From: a virus
Direction: 5' to 3' (one strand)
DNA length: 64,000 nt
Virus record (IMG/VR): IMGVR_UViG_3300047564_003078
Location: 28,766-92,765 of that record
In this document: piece by piece, positions 1 through 10,733 of the stretch
Position numbering within the stretch: position 1 is the first letter of the stretch
How the letters are laid out: every line of letters begins with the position of its first letter
Position numbers and translations under genes: made by a program
The notes under the pieces: model-generated
Seen by the model: only the letters and a program-made list of their open reading frames with translations
Told to the model about the DNA's origin: nothing
Databases searched by the model: none

Positions 1-486
1 AGACTAAGAAAGTTAAACTGGAAATACAAAAATAGAACTAGACAGACTGGTAGTAAAATTTTAATATGTCCGCCGTCTGACAAAGTAATGAAGTTTTATG
101 AAAAAGATCTTGACGTTTGGTTAAAGGAAACTATTGATACAATTAAGACATATACTGATCGTCCAATTGAAGTTAGACTCAAACCTGATCGGTCTGAAAG
201 AGTTACAACGAATACAATTTGGAATGCATTAGATGATGCATATTGCTTGGTTACGTTTAACAGCATTGCAGCAACCGAAGCATTACTTTACAGTGTACCG
301 GCTATAACACTAGCACCAAACGCTGCTTCTGTATTGTGTAATACCGAACTTAAACAGATCAATAGTTTATATTTGCCCACCAAAGAAGAAACTGTTAGAT
401 TTGCAGCACACTTGTCTTATTGTCAGTTTACTGCTACCGAAATGCAAAACGGATTTGCATGGAGCATACTAAATGAAGATAGTTAG
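1..486 (+). CDS. Capsule_synth/KpsS-like glycosyltransferase (5' truncated by window)
   Basis: Frame 1 is open from base 1. C-terminal VTFNSIAATEALLYSVP and HLSYCQFT motifs are shared with paralogs at 473, 2247 and 32154. Confidence 0.6.
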   Translation, partial: RLRKLNWKYKNRTRQTGSKILICPPSDKVMKFYEKDLDVWLKETIDTIKTYTDRPIEVRLKPDRSERVTTNTIWNALDDAYCLVTFNSIAATEALLYSVPAITLAPNAASVLCNTELKQINSLYLPTKEETVRFAAHLSYCQFTATEMQNGFAWSILNEDS

Positions 487-1402
487 TTATCTTAAAACTG
501 TTCCAGCAAACAATACCAATCAGCAAAAAACAGATCTTTTATTAAAATTTATCACCGGTGTTGTAAAAAACAGCGACGAAGGAATAATAGAAAATACCGG
601 CAAAGTATTGTCTGCAGATGTAGGAGTTATACAAGGGTGGGTATATGATGATATCTCGTCTCCGCATTTAAAGTTAAGAAAACAAATAATCGATACTCAA
701 CTAAAAAACAAAAAATATGTAGTAGTTGCTGATGCAAATTTGTTTTTGTATTCAAACAAAATCAATCCTCACGGATATCTACGATATAGTTTCAACGGAG
801 TTTTTCCTAATACAGGAATCTATTGCGACGATAAAGTAGATCCTGCTAGATGGCAACAAATATCTAGAGATTGTAAGATCAATATAGAAAACATAAAACC
901 ACACGGCAAGCATATACTTTTAATGTTACAAAGAAAAGGCGGCTGGAGTATGGGCGGCGTAGACACACAACAATGGGCGTTGGATACAATTAAAAAAATT
1001 AGAAAACATTCAAGCCGACCAATTTTAATTAGACCGCATCCTGGAGACAAACAGGCTAAAATCTATTTAGATCCTAGAAAAACCTTAATAAAAAACTTGC
1101 CAAATGTATCGATCAGTAATTTTAACAATTCTTTAGAAACCGATTTAGCAAATGCCTGGGCAGTGGTTAATCATAATAGCAGTGCAATTGTAGGACCTAT
1201 TATCAAAGGATATCGTGGATTTATTACAGACCCAGTAAAAAGTCAATGTAAAGATGTTGCAAATACAGACTTTAGTAAAATAGAAAATCCAGATGATTTT
1301 GATAGACAACAATGGCTAGAAAGAATATCGATGTTTCATTGGAAGTTTAGTGAACTCGAAGACGGCTCAGCTTGGCGTCATATGAGAAATTATTGCCAGT
1401 AA
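473..1402 (+). CDS. Capsule_synth/KpsS-like glycosyltransferase
   Basis: IRPHP and VVNHNSSA..GP motifs of the KpsS/KpsC-like GT-B domain. Confidence 0.6.
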   Translation: MKIVSYLKTVPANNTNQQKTDLLLKFITGVVKNSDEGIIENTGKVLSADVGVIQGWVYDDISSPHLKLRKQIIDTQLKNKKYVVVADANLFLYSNKINPHGYLRYSFNGVFPNTGIYCDDKVDPARWQQISRDCKINIENIKPHGKHILLMLQRKGGWSMGGVDTQQWALDTIKKIRKHSSRPILIRPHPGDKQAKIYLDPRKTLIKNLPNVSISNFNNSLETDLANAWAVVNHNSSAIVGPIIKGYRGFITDPVKSQCKDVANTDFSKIENPDDFDRQQWLERISMFHWKFSELEDGSAWRHMRNYCQ

Positions 1403-2208
1403 CTTTCGTTGCGTTTTACGATTAAATCAGTTTGTTTGCTTTTACCAGTATTTTTTCTATCACCCTTTAAATGATCCAAATACCGACCAAGGTCACTGTT
1501 AATCAACGGATGCCCTTCTCCGTTTACTAAATCTTTACTAATATTAATGATTGCATCATTGGGATAGTTTGCGTATATTTTCTTACGTACTTCTTCAAAC
1601 ACAAAACTATCATGCCACTCATCCATGCGGAATATTCCATATTCGGCATGTTCGTATACATGTTCAAATTCTTTTAAAAATTCTTGTCCGGTAGAGTGTT
1701 TTAGATTTATACCATAAAACCCACATTCTGGCCATTTTTTACCTCTGCCTAAATAGCACAACCATGCTTTTTTACTCATATGTTTTTCAAATGCTTCTTG
1801 TGGCATATAGGAATGTACAAATGTATCTGCATCCATCCAAAACAACCAATCTGCATCTGTGCGTTTTGCAGCATCAAATACTGCATAAACTTTATTAGCA
1901 AATCTTATTGCATCCCATTTAAATGTTTTATTCCAATCTTTTCTTTTACGTTTAATATCGTCAGGTGGTATTCCATTTGCACGAGGATCGTTTTTCCAAT
2001 ACTCTTTGAATGCATTTAATTTTGGAAGATTTTCTTTTTGATCTAATATGGTAATTCTACTGTCATTTGTAGTAGGAACACAATCTTCTGCATATAGTAA
2101 AAGTTCTATTTTAGGATCAATATTTTTGCTAAAACTATCAATAAACCGCTGACCATATAAGTCCAGCACCGGAGCATGAAATGTACTAACTACAGAAATT
2201 TTTGTCAC
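1390..2208 (-). CDS. GT-A fold glycosyltransferase (DxD)
   Basis: WMDADT motif; paralog of 6982 and 7737. Confidence 0.65.
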   Translation of the reverse strand: MTKISVVSTFHAPVLDLYGQRFIDSFSKNIDPKIELLLYAEDCVPTTNDSRITILDQKENLPKLNAFKEYWKNDPRANGIPPDDIKRKRKDWNKTFKWDAIRFANKVYAVFDAAKRTDADWLFWMDADTFVHSYMPQEAFEKHMSKKAWLCYLGRGKKWPECGFYGINLKHSTGQEFLKEFEHVYEHAEYGIFRMDEWHDSFVFEEVRKKIYANYPNDAIINISKDLVNGEGHPLINSDLGRYLDHLKGDRKNTGKSKQTDLIVKRNESYWQ

Positions 2209-2246
2209 TATAAAATCCTTATTAAATATACTTGGAGTATTTACTT

Positions 2247-3092
2247 ATGAAATTTAGTTTATTCAAAGAATATGGAGCATTAAACAGTAAACCTGTGTTT
2301 GAAGCATTCGAACATAGTTTACGTTCTGCAGGTCATACTGTTGTCTACAATGATATGAATGCAGATGTTGCTGTTATATGGAGCGTGTTGTTTTATGGAC
2401 GTATGGCCAAAAACAAAGACGTATGGAATAGTTTTCGTAAAAATAATCGTAATGTAGTTGTGTTAGAAGTCGGCGGTATCAAACGTGGAACAACATGGAA
2501 AGTAGGACTAAATGGAATTAACAGGGATGCTTATTTTGGGCCTGGTGGTATGGATGATCTACGCAGTCGCAAATTAGGACTAGAATTAAAACCATGGCGA
2601 CAAGATGGTGAATGTATTTTAATTTGTGGACAACACGATAAAAGTTTACAGTGGCAAGGCATGCCATCTATGAGCAAGTGGGTAATGGATACAATCGAAG
2701 CGTTGCAAATGCATTACAACTATCCTATTATATTTCGCCCGCACCCGAGATGCAGACTTCCAGACATTGAACGTCAATACAAGAATGTTTATAGGCAAGA
2801 ACCAAAGCAGATATCAGGCACATACGACGACTTTGATATGAACTTTGCTAATGTAAAATACACTGTAAGTTGGAGTAGTAATCCAGGGATACACAGTATC
2901 ATCAATGGTGTACCTGCGTTTGTTAGTCCATATAGTTTAGCGTTTGATGTAGCATGTCCGCATTTGTTAATGGTAGACAATCCTCATTTGCCAGATAGGC
3001 AACAATGGCTCAACAACTATGCACACACTGAATGGACAGTAGAAGAAATATCGCAAGGTATCCCTTTGAAAAACTTGACACAGAAACTTTAA
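2247..3092 (+). CDS. Capsule_synth/KpsS-like glycosyltransferase
   Basis: GQHDKS, FRPHPR and SWSSNPGIHSIINGVP motifs; ATG at 2247 follows TAAATA and GGAG. Confidence 0.6.
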   Translation: MKFSLFKEYGALNSKPVFEAFEHSLRSAGHTVVYNDMNADVAVIWSVLFYGRMAKNKDVWNSFRKNNRNVVVLEVGGIKRGTTWKVGLNGINRDAYFGPGGMDDLRSRKLGLELKPWRQDGECILICGQHDKSLQWQGMPSMSKWVMDTIEALQMHYNYPIIFRPHPRCRLPDIERQYKNVYRQEPKQISGTYDDFDMNFANVKYTVSWSSNPGIHSIINGVPAFVSPYSLAFDVACPHLLMVDNPHLPDRQQWLNNYAHTEWTVEEISQGIPLKNLTQKL

Positions 3093-3109
3093 TATGCTAA
3101 ATTTACTGT

Positions 3110-4318
3110 ATGTTCATAGAAGATATACTACAAACCCTAGTGGATAATCACGACATTAATCCGTCAGACAAGCCCATTCTTGTTAGCATTAGTCAACAGG
3201 TAAAAAAAGGCACTGCTCTAACTGATCGTCAACATGCTCTTGTTAAATCAAAGCTGCTTAATTACAAGCACTGTTTTGATGTTAACATTGATGAAATGTT
3301 AGATAACACTAGATTGCCGTTGCGTATAATCAACCGCGAACATTCGATTACTATTGTAAATCATCAAAACATGATGGGTGACGCTCCATATGAGAGTTAC
3401 AAACAAAAATGGAAATGGATTAAGATTAAATTTCCATTTAGTAAAAAAAATATTGTTGCAGTTGAACAACTTAATTCAAGTTCAAAAAGAAATAATTATT
3501 TTCATCAACGCGGTAGTCATGAACACTATTTTCGTTTAACTGAAAATAATGTTTATAATGTTGTACATTCTTTTATAGAAAAGAAGTTCGACATTGATAC
3601 TCAACTGATTGAATGGTACAACGAAGTTAAATCTTTAAAAGAGAACGAACGTTCTCTGTACCCTAGTGTAATCAATTACACTGTAAAAAATATAAGCGAT
3701 GACGGTTGTCAATTAATCGAAAAAGAAATTGGCAATATTGACAAGTCAAATATTTTAAAAATCATTGATCGTAAACGTAGATATGGCATTGTAACAGTTG
3801 ATTATGATAACGTGCCTGCTGGCTTAATTGGCGAAATTGCTTTTAGGACAGATAAAGAAATCAATATCAATCCAGAATCGTTTAATTTAAATTCAATTGC
3901 AGAAGCAACTATGCATCTTGATAGATTTCCGCTACTTGTTGTAATTGACAAAGAAGATGCTTTAAAACAAGTGTCGTCTGTTTATGATGCGTTTTCTTAT
4001 CTAGTTCCTTCTGAAAAACAAAGTGTTTTATTTAGAGTAGAAACCGAAAACAAATACAATGTTAACGATTTTATTCACGAGCGGTCTTTGAACAACTGGC
4101 TTGACACAAACACTGAAATCGTGTATATTTGTAAAAATAAACTTCCTAAATTGTTGTTAAAAACAGATTGGAAACCTAGTGCTGCATTAATTATTACCGG
4201 CACTAGAAGTCATACACACGTTAATTATTATATTAACGATTGTTGCGATCTTGTCATGGTACATGATAAAGATTCTAGTTTAATAGGAAAACTGAATAAA
4301 TCGTATGCCTACTTGTAA
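3110..4318 (+). CDS. hypothetical protein upstream of helicase
   Basis: 402-aa ORF preceded by TTGACA-17-TAAATT. Confidence 0.6.
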   Translation: MFIEDILQTLVDNHDINPSDKPILVSISQQVKKGTALTDRQHALVKSKLLNYKHCFDVNIDEMLDNTRLPLRIINREHSITIVNHQNMMGDAPYESYKQKWKWIKIKFPFSKKNIVAVEQLNSSSKRNNYFHQRGSHEHYFRLTENNVYNVVHSFIEKKFDIDTQLIEWYNEVKSLKENERSLYPSVINYTVKNISDDGCQLIEKEIGNIDKSNILKIIDRKRRYGIVTVDYDNVPAGLIGEIAFRTDKEININPESFNLNSIAEATMHLDRFPLLVVIDKEDALKQVSSVYDAFSYLVPSEKQSVLFRVETENKYNVNDFIHERSLNNWLDTNTEIVYICKNKLPKLLLKTDWKPSAALIITGTRSHTHVNYYINDCCDLVMVHDKDSSLIGKLNKSYAYL

Positions 4319-5768
4319 ACTAATAATTGAAGATGAAGTCAATATCAAGCTCGAAGGACTTGATATTGACGTTCGTCGTAAACTTGCAAATGCACTAAAG
4401 TTTGAAGTGCCGTATGCAAAACACATGCCTCAATTCAAGCTTGGACGTTGGGATGGCAAAGTTGCGTTCTTTGGAATCGGCGGCAGCGGCTATGTTAATC
4501 ATTTGGATATTATTGTTGACATTCTACAAAAGAACAATGTTCAAATTGTAGACATCGAAGATAACAGGCATCCAATACAATTAAATCTTCAACCAGTAAC
4601 CGAAACCTATTGGGCCGATCAAGGCGTGCGTTGGCCAAAAGGCCATCCAGCTGAAGGCGAACTTATTATGCTTCGCGACTATCAAGTTGAAGCAATCAAC
4701 AACTTTATTGCTAACCCGCAAAGTCTACAACAGATTGCTACCGGTGCAGGTAAAACTATTACCACAGCAACACTAAGTCACATTAGCGAACCATATGGTC
4801 GCAGTCTTGTCATTGTACCTAACAAGAGCTTGGTTGAACAAACTGAAGAAGATTATATTAACTGCGGACTTGACGTAGGTGTTTATTTCGGTGACAGAAA
4901 ACAACTAGGAAAAACACACACTATTTGCACTTGGCAAAGTTTAAACATTCTTGATAAGCGTCACAAAGACGGTGATGCAGTACTAAGCCTAGCAGAGTTC
5001 TTAGAAGGTGTAAGCACAGTTATTGTTGACGAAGTACACCAGGCCAAAGCAGAAGTACTAAAAAATCTACTTACACGCAACTTGCGTAACGCTCCAATTC
5101 GCTGGGGACTAACTGGTACAGTGCCCAAAGAGAAGTTTGAGTTTGAAAGTATTCACGCAAGCCTTGGCCCGGTTATTGGACAGATTACAGCAAAAGAATT
5201 ACAAGACAAAGGTGTGCTAGCAGACTGTCATGTTAACATTGTACAGCTAATTGATACTGTGGCACATAGAGGCTATCAAGAAGAATTAAAATATCTAGTT
5301 AGTAATAAAGAACGTATAGAATACATAGGCAAATTATTAAACACTATAAAAAACTCAGGCAATACTCTAATTCTTGTAGATAGAATTTCTGCAGGAGAGA
5401 TGCTACAGGAACTTATACCTAATAGCACCTTTATCAGTGGTGCTGTTAAAGTAAAAGACAGAAAAGAAACATACGACACAATTCGAGAAGGCACAAACGA
5501 AGTAATTATTGCTACGTATGGTGTTGCTGCGGTTGGACTTAACATTCCACGTATTTTTAATCTTGTGTTGCTTGAACCTGGTAAAAGTTTTGTAAGAGTG
5601 ATTCAAAGTATCGGTAGAGGCGTTAGAAAGGCAAAAGACAAAGACTTCGTACAAATATGGGATCTTACAAGCACATGTAAGTTTGCGAAGCGGCACCTTA
5701 CCGAACGAAAGAAGTTTTACAAGGAAGCTCAATACCCATTTACCATTGAAAAGGTAGATTGGAATTAA
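4305..5768 (+). CDS. uvsW: UvsW-like superfamily 2 DNA helicase
   Basis: LRDYQ, ATGAGKT, VDEVH, GLTGT and QSIGRGVR motifs. Confidence 0.85.
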   Translation: MPTCKLIIEDEVNIKLEGLDIDVRRKLANALKFEVPYAKHMPQFKLGRWDGKVAFFGIGGSGYVNHLDIIVDILQKNNVQIVDIEDNRHPIQLNLQPVTETYWADQGVRWPKGHPAEGELIMLRDYQVEAINNFIANPQSLQQIATGAGKTITTATLSHISEPYGRSLVIVPNKSLVEQTEEDYINCGLDVGVYFGDRKQLGKTHTICTWQSLNILDKRHKDGDAVLSLAEFLEGVSTVIVDEVHQAKAEVLKNLLTRNLRNAPIRWGLTGTVPKEKFEFESIHASLGPVIGQITAKELQDKGVLADCHVNIVQLIDTVAHRGYQEELKYLVSNKERIEYIGKLLNTIKNSGNTLILVDRISAGEMLQELIPNSTFISGAVKVKDRKETYDTIREGTNEVIIATYGVAAVGLNIPRIFNLVLLEPGKSFVRVIQSIGRGVRKAKDKDFVQIWDLTSTCKFAKRHLTERKKFYKEAQYPFTIEKVDWN

Positions 5769-5774
5769 TTTTAG

Positions 5775-6281
5775 ATGAGAATACTGACATTAGAAAATAA
5801 ATCATTTTCTTTGAATCGATTACCAGACAGCGTTGACGATACACTAAGATTTGCCGTACTAGACAACAGTAACCCAGTAGATCCAGATTTCTTTTTTAAC
5901 CCACTGATTTTTTTAGAAAGTTTTAATAGTCCTGCTATAGTATTAGAAATTAATGGCAATGAAATCACAATGCCATTAGACTGGTGTGTAGCTGTTGGCT
6001 GTAGTGAAGCAGGCAGTGACTTAGAAGTATTACCGCTTACAAGTTTAAATGATAGAGGCTTTGAAGCCTTTTTGTTTAATCCGTTAACCGGAAATATGGC
6101 ACAGTTTGGTAATATAGAAATAACTAATTTTTATAATGATGTAAAATGGTTTTTTCCGAAAATGAGAAACGGACATCTTTTATGTGTACCAATAACTGAA
6201 GGACCTAATCCACAGTGTGCATACTTTGTCAAGGATATAAACCGTCAAAGTGAAATTATTGATTTTGGAAAACTATTATAA
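5775..6281 (+). CDS. hypothetical protein
   Basis: 168-aa ORF in operon with helicase. Confidence 0.6.
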   Translation: MRILTLENKSFSLNRLPDSVDDTLRFAVLDNSNPVDPDFFFNPLIFLESFNSPAIVLEINGNEITMPLDWCVAVGCSEAGSDLEVLPLTSLNDRGFEAFLFNPLTGNMAQFGNIEITNFYNDVKWFFPKMRNGHLLCVPITEGPNPQCAYFVKDINRQSEIIDFGKLL

Positions 6282-6293
6282 AGGAGAATTAAA

Positions 6294-6440
6294 ATGAAAA
6301 CATATGAAGCAATTGTAACTGTTGGTGGCATGAGCACAAAAACTCAAGTAAGTGCCAAAGATACTGTTAGTGCTAAAAAACTTATCGAAGCACAATACGG
6401 TAAAGATAATGTAAAATCTGGCGTATACGAGGTTAGATAA
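6294..6440 (+). CDS. small hypothetical protein (48 aa)
   Basis: AAGGAG RBS; MKTYEAIVTVGG...; not in supplied ORF track. Confidence 0.55.
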   Translation: MKTYEAIVTVGGMSTKTQVSAKDTVSAKKLIEAQYGKDNVKSGVYEVR

Positions 6441-6596
6441 ATGGAGTTGGTTGCATTACTAATTGTAATATTTGTAGGACTGTTAGCACTTGTTGTTTTA
6501 GGTAAATTGTTTTCTTGGGCATTAAGAAACAACAATTCGGCAATTTTGCTATTGGTAATTGCACCAATACTAGCATACATTGCATATAATATTTAA
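6441..6596 (+). CDS. small membrane protein (51 aa, 2 TM)
   Basis: MELVALLIVIFVGLL...; abuts previous stop. Confidence 0.5.
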   Translation: MELVALLIVIFVGLLALVVLGKLFSWALRNNNSAILLLVIAPILAYIAYNI

Positions 6597-6607
6597 GGAG
6601 AATAACA

Positions 6608-6973
6608 ATGGCGACACGAGCAGGAAAAATTTGGGGTACTACAGATTTTATATTTGGTAATGGTGCATTAGAGTTTCATAGGATTGCATTTAAGGCTGGT
6701 TACAAATGCAGCGAGCATCATCACAAATACAAGTGGAATGGATTTTACGTAGAACATGGAAAGATGATAATTCGTGTTTGGCAAGACGAAGATCAAAACG
6801 GATTAGTTGATGAAACAGTTCTTCACGGCGGACAATTTGCAATGGTTAAGCCAGGCAAGGTGCACCAGTTCGAAGGCCTAGAAGATGGCGTAGCATTTGA
6901 ACTATACTGGGCAGAATTTAATCACGATGATATTGTTCGCAGGACTATTGGTACAGCAGTGGACAAAAACTAA
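6608..6973 (+). CDS. cupin-domain protein (sugar isomerase-like)
   Basis: SEHHHKYKWNGF and VKPGKVHQF cupin motifs; AAGGAG RBS. Confidence 0.7.
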   Translation: MATRAGKIWGTTDFIFGNGALEFHRIAFKAGYKCSEHHHKYKWNGFYVEHGKMIIRVWQDEDQNGLVDETVLHGGQFAMVKPGKVHQFEGLEDGVAFELYWAEFNHDDIVRRTIGTAVDKN

Positions 6974-6981
6974 ATATCTGT

Positions 6982-7740
6982 ATGAAAAAGTACGCATTTA
7001 TTACAAGCATGAATCAACGATACTATGATCACATAGGTAGATTCATGCTTGAAAGTTTTTTAAAATATGCACCAAAACATTTTGTTTTGCATCTATATGC
7101 CGAAAGTATTATTAGCAAATTACCCAAAGCACTTAATTTAGTAATCTATGATTGGAATAAAGTGTGCAAAGAAGACTGGGAAAAGTTTGCAGTTAAAACC
7201 GATGATAACAGTGCAAGAAAATTTGGCAAAAAAGGATGGGCAAGTATTCATGCTTGGGAAAACATAGATGCAGATTACCTTATTTGGTTAGATGCAGATT
7301 TATTATTTCACAATCCGTTCGACGAAGATGTTATAAAACTTACTATTAAAAAAAATATGTTAATTGGATTGTTTAATCACGCCTACATTGCTCATACAAA
7401 AAATGAAGTACCTATAGGATACAGTGCCGAAACAGGATACGTCATTATAAACAAACGTCATAAAGATTTTTTAAAATTTGTAAAAAAATATAGAGAAATA
7501 TATGAGTTACCTTTTAAGCCAACCGACATAGTTAAATGGTGGGACAATCAAATTTGTATGATGGTTGCTAATATGTTTATAGAAAACGTATTTGATTTAA
7601 GTATTATTAGAACAACTGATAAAACACAAACTCCATTAAATCATAGCGAATTAAGCAAATATTTTAGTCATCAAAAAGGTAAAAGTAAAAAACATATGAA
7701 TGCTACACAAATGCAATCACTAATTGGATTAAAAGAATGA
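6982..7740 (+). CDS. GT-A fold glycosyltransferase
   Basis: IWLDAD, ETGY and HQKG motifs. Confidence 0.65.
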   Translation: MKKYAFITSMNQRYYDHIGRFMLESFLKYAPKHFVLHLYAESIISKLPKALNLVIYDWNKVCKEDWEKFAVKTDDNSARKFGKKGWASIHAWENIDADYLIWLDADLLFHNPFDEDVIKLTIKKNMLIGLFNHAYIAHTKNEVPIGYSAETGYVIINKRHKDFLKFVKKYREIYELPFKPTDIVKWWDNQICMMVANMFIENVFDLSIIRTTDKTQTPLNHSELSKYFSHQKGKSKKHMNATQMQSLIGLKE

Positions 7741-8483
7741 AAATAACAATCATTTCAACTTTTGGTCCAGCTCACTATAAAACTTACGGCAGATATTTTG
7801 TCGAAAGCCTAGAGAAATTTTTAGATAATCGTGTTGATGTTGTTCTATATACAGACACACCATTGACTTTATTTAAGCCAAATTTTAGCAACAGAATCTT
7901 AAACCAGTGTTCTCCTAATTTAGTAGAATTTAAAAAACGCAACAGCGACAAAGTTATACCTACTGGAACCAAAGGATGGATAAGAGATGCAGTAAGATTT
8001 AGTCATAAAAGTTACTGCATAATACATGCAAGCAGAACAATCGAAACTGATTTGCTTATTTGGTTAGACGCCGATACAGAAGTTATTGCTCCTATCACTC
8101 ACCAATATCTAAGCGAACAATTAGATTTAGATTATTTTGTGAGTTATTTAGGTAGACCCAATAGATATAGTGAAACTGGTTGGTTATGTTTTAATTTAAG
8201 GAATAAGTGGTCAAAAACGTTTTTTGATCGTTGGGAATGGTATTATAATACAAATGAAATTTATAACTTGCCTGCTCAACTAGATTGTCACGTATTTGAC
8301 GCTGTAAAGGAAGAAATGGAATCATTGGGTAAAATTAAAGCTCAAAATATAAGTCCACCAGATTTAAGCTCTCAGCATTTTGATAGAAAATTTATAGGAA
8401 AAATAACTCATTACAAGGGAGACAAAAAAGAAAACAGAGATCAAAATTTAAAAATTGCAAAACTGCGGGCTAGAAAAAAATGA
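7737..8483 (+). CDS. GT-A fold glycosyltransferase
   Basis: DAVRFSHK, IWLDADT and HYKG motifs; paralog of 1390. Confidence 0.65.
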   Translation: MKITIISTFGPAHYKTYGRYFVESLEKFLDNRVDVVLYTDTPLTLFKPNFSNRILNQCSPNLVEFKKRNSDKVIPTGTKGWIRDAVRFSHKSYCIIHASRTIETDLLIWLDADTEVIAPITHQYLSEQLDLDYFVSYLGRPNRYSETGWLCFNLRNKWSKTFFDRWEWYYNTNEIYNLPAQLDCHVFDAVKEEMESLGKIKAQNISPPDLSSQHFDRKFIGKITHYKGDKKENRDQNLKIAKLRARKK

Positions 8484-9346
8484 AAATAGTATTAACAGGC
8501 CACAAAGGTTTTATCGGTAGTCATTATTTAGATTATATAAAAGACCGAGTCGAAGTAGAATCAGTTTACGGGTTTGATAAAGACTCGGGCGAAGATCTGT
8601 GCAATACAAGAACTGCTTACGAAAGTCCGGATTGCGATGTACTGGTACATATGGCTGCAACCAATGGTACAAAACTGTTTTATGAAATTCCAACTGAAGT
8701 TGCAACCAACAATACACTGCCTACTTTCAATCTAGTACACAGATATCAAAATACCAATACTAAGATTGTGTTTACAAGTACTTGCGAGATTTTTAATACT
8801 ACTGTAGATAGAAATCTACACAGTGTCCCCACTGACGAATCTGTACCAATAATGTTTGAAGATATAACTAATCCTAGATGGAGTTACAGTCTTCCAAAAG
8901 CATTAGGTGAAAACTTAGTTGCCAATTGTGGTGCACCTTGGCTTATCATTAGATATTTTAATATCTATGGTCCAAGACAACGAGATCACTTTATCAGTGA
9001 ATTTGTTGAACGTGTAAAGAACGGCGAATATTATATTAAAGGCAACGATACTAGAAGTTTCTGCTACATTGATGATGCTGTTGTTATGACACATAATCTT
9101 GTCCAACATCATAATGGTTACATTGTAAACGTAGGTCATCAAGAAGAAATTGAAATAAGTACTGTAGCAAAAACAATTATGAATATTATGGGTGTAGATC
9201 CAGATCGGTTAGAAATCTTACCAGGGCTTGCAGGAAGTGCTAAACGCAGATGTCCTGATACTAGTTTAGTTCGTATGCTTACTGGATTTAAAGATTACAC
9301 GCCGTTGGAATTAGGACTTAAAAAAACAATAGAAAGTCTAATATGA
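8480..9346 (+). CDS. NAD-dependent nucleotide-sugar epimerase/dehydratase
   Basis: TGHKGFIG, YSLPK (YxxxK) and RYFNIYGP motifs. Confidence 0.85.
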   Translation: MKIVLTGHKGFIGSHYLDYIKDRVEVESVYGFDKDSGEDLCNTRTAYESPDCDVLVHMAATNGTKLFYEIPTEVATNNTLPTFNLVHRYQNTNTKIVFTSTCEIFNTTVDRNLHSVPTDESVPIMFEDITNPRWSYSLPKALGENLVANCGAPWLIIRYFNIYGPRQRDHFISEFVERVKNGEYYIKGNDTRSFCYIDDAVVMTHNLVQHHNGYIVNVGHQEEIEISTVAKTIMNIMGVDPDRLEILPGLAGSAKRRCPDTSLVRMLTGFKDYTPLELGLKKTIESLI

Positions 9347-10137
9347 AATTAGGTATAGTAGGGTTAGGTGCTGTAGGAAGTGCAAACAAACAAGGGTTTG
9401 AATATCTTGGTCACGAAGTAAGTGTACACGACATCAAATTGCCCACACTAATAACTGATGTACTAAACACCGAAATAGTATTTATTTGTGTTCCAACTCC
9501 TCAAGCAGCAGATGGTAGTTGCAATACAAGTATAATCGAAAGTGTAATACAAGAATTACAAGACCACACATACAAGGGTATTGTAGCTATACGTAGTACC
9601 GTAGTTCCTGGTTTTACACAACGAATGATAGATACATATAAAAATCTAACTATTTGTTTTGTTCCTGAATTTTTAAGAGAACGTTGTGCTGCTGACGATT
9701 TTATAAACAATCACAAACTACTTGCTATTGGAACACATGATATTTGGGTGTATAGAAAACTTGTAAAAGCTCATGGCAACTTACCAGAGAATACAGAACA
9801 TCTTACGCCCAGTGAAGCAGAGGTGCTAAAATATTACAATAACGTATATGCAGCTCTACGTGTTACCTTTGCAAATGTTATGTACGAAATCTGTGATAAA
9901 CTAGATTGCGATTACACAACTATTAAAAATGCTTATATTAAAACAGGAAAAGCAGTTGACATGTATCTTGATGTGAGTCCTGGGCTAAGAGGTTACGGCG
10001 GAATGTGTTTGCCAAAAGATACACAAGCTATTGCTGCATTGTTAAATCAACTGAACTTGGACTTTGATCTAATACAAAGTATAAACAATGATAATAACAA
10101 ACTTAAAAAAACAGTGTTTAACGGAATGAGAGAATGA
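9343..10137 (+). CDS. ugd: UDP-glucose/GDP-mannose dehydrogenase family (short, lacks C-terminal domain)
   Basis: GLGAVG, CVPTP, STVVPG, PEFLRE and catalytic GYGGMCLPKD. Confidence 0.8.
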   Translation: MKLGIVGLGAVGSANKQGFEYLGHEVSVHDIKLPTLITDVLNTEIVFICVPTPQAADGSCNTSIIESVIQELQDHTYKGIVAIRSTVVPGFTQRMIDTYKNLTICFVPEFLRERCAADDFINNHKLLAIGTHDIWVYRKLVKAHGNLPENTEHLTPSEAEVLKYYNNVYAALRVTFANVMYEICDKLDCDYTTIKNAYIKTGKAVDMYLDVSPGLRGYGGMCLPKDTQAIAALLNQLNLDFDLIQSINNDNNKLKKTVFNGMRE

Positions 10138-10733
10138 AAAAGAATCCTTTACTCGGAAAGTCCGAAGCACAAGCAGGACAAGATTTATTTGCATTAGAAA
10201 TATGCAAAAATAAAACCTATATTGAGATTGGTGGCAGTCATCCTAGACGCATTAATAACACATTCAATCTAGATTCTAATCACGGATGGAAAGGATTTAG
10301 TATTGAACTAAACGACAAATGGAACAATGCATGGGACACGTCGTCGAGAAACAATCCTTGTTATTTTGAAAACGCACTTACATTTGATTACCTTGCAGCA
10401 ATTCGCGAACAAGGAATGACCACCAAAGTTGGATATTTGAGTTGCGACATTGAACCGCCTGAAAATACCTATGCAGCTTTGCAGCGTGTAATCAATCAAG
10501 GTGTTGAGTTTGAATCTATTACATTTGAACACGACTGGTATAACTTTCCTGATACAACCTTTAATGAACAAGCAACTGAGTTTTTAAAGAAGCATGGATA
10601 CAAAGTTGCTGTTAGAGATGTGTTTTGTAAAAAATCTTGGCTACCATATGAAACATGGTATGTAAGAGAAGACATAGTATTCGAAGAACTAGACTTTCAA
10701 CAATGGCGTGCAAACAAGGTACAAACTCTATAA
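10134..10733 (+). CDS. FkbM-like methyltransferase
   Basis: QAGQD, YIEIG, GWKGFSIE, YLSCDIE and FEHD motifs. Confidence 0.65.
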   Translation: MKKNPLLGKSEAQAGQDLFALEICKNKTYIEIGGSHPRRINNTFNLDSNHGWKGFSIELNDKWNNAWDTSSRNNPCYFENALTFDYLAAIREQGMTTKVGYLSCDIEPPENTYAALQRVINQGVEFESITFEHDWYNFPDTTFNEQATEFLKKHGYKVAVRDVFCKKSWLPYETWYVREDIVFEELDFQQWRANKVQTL

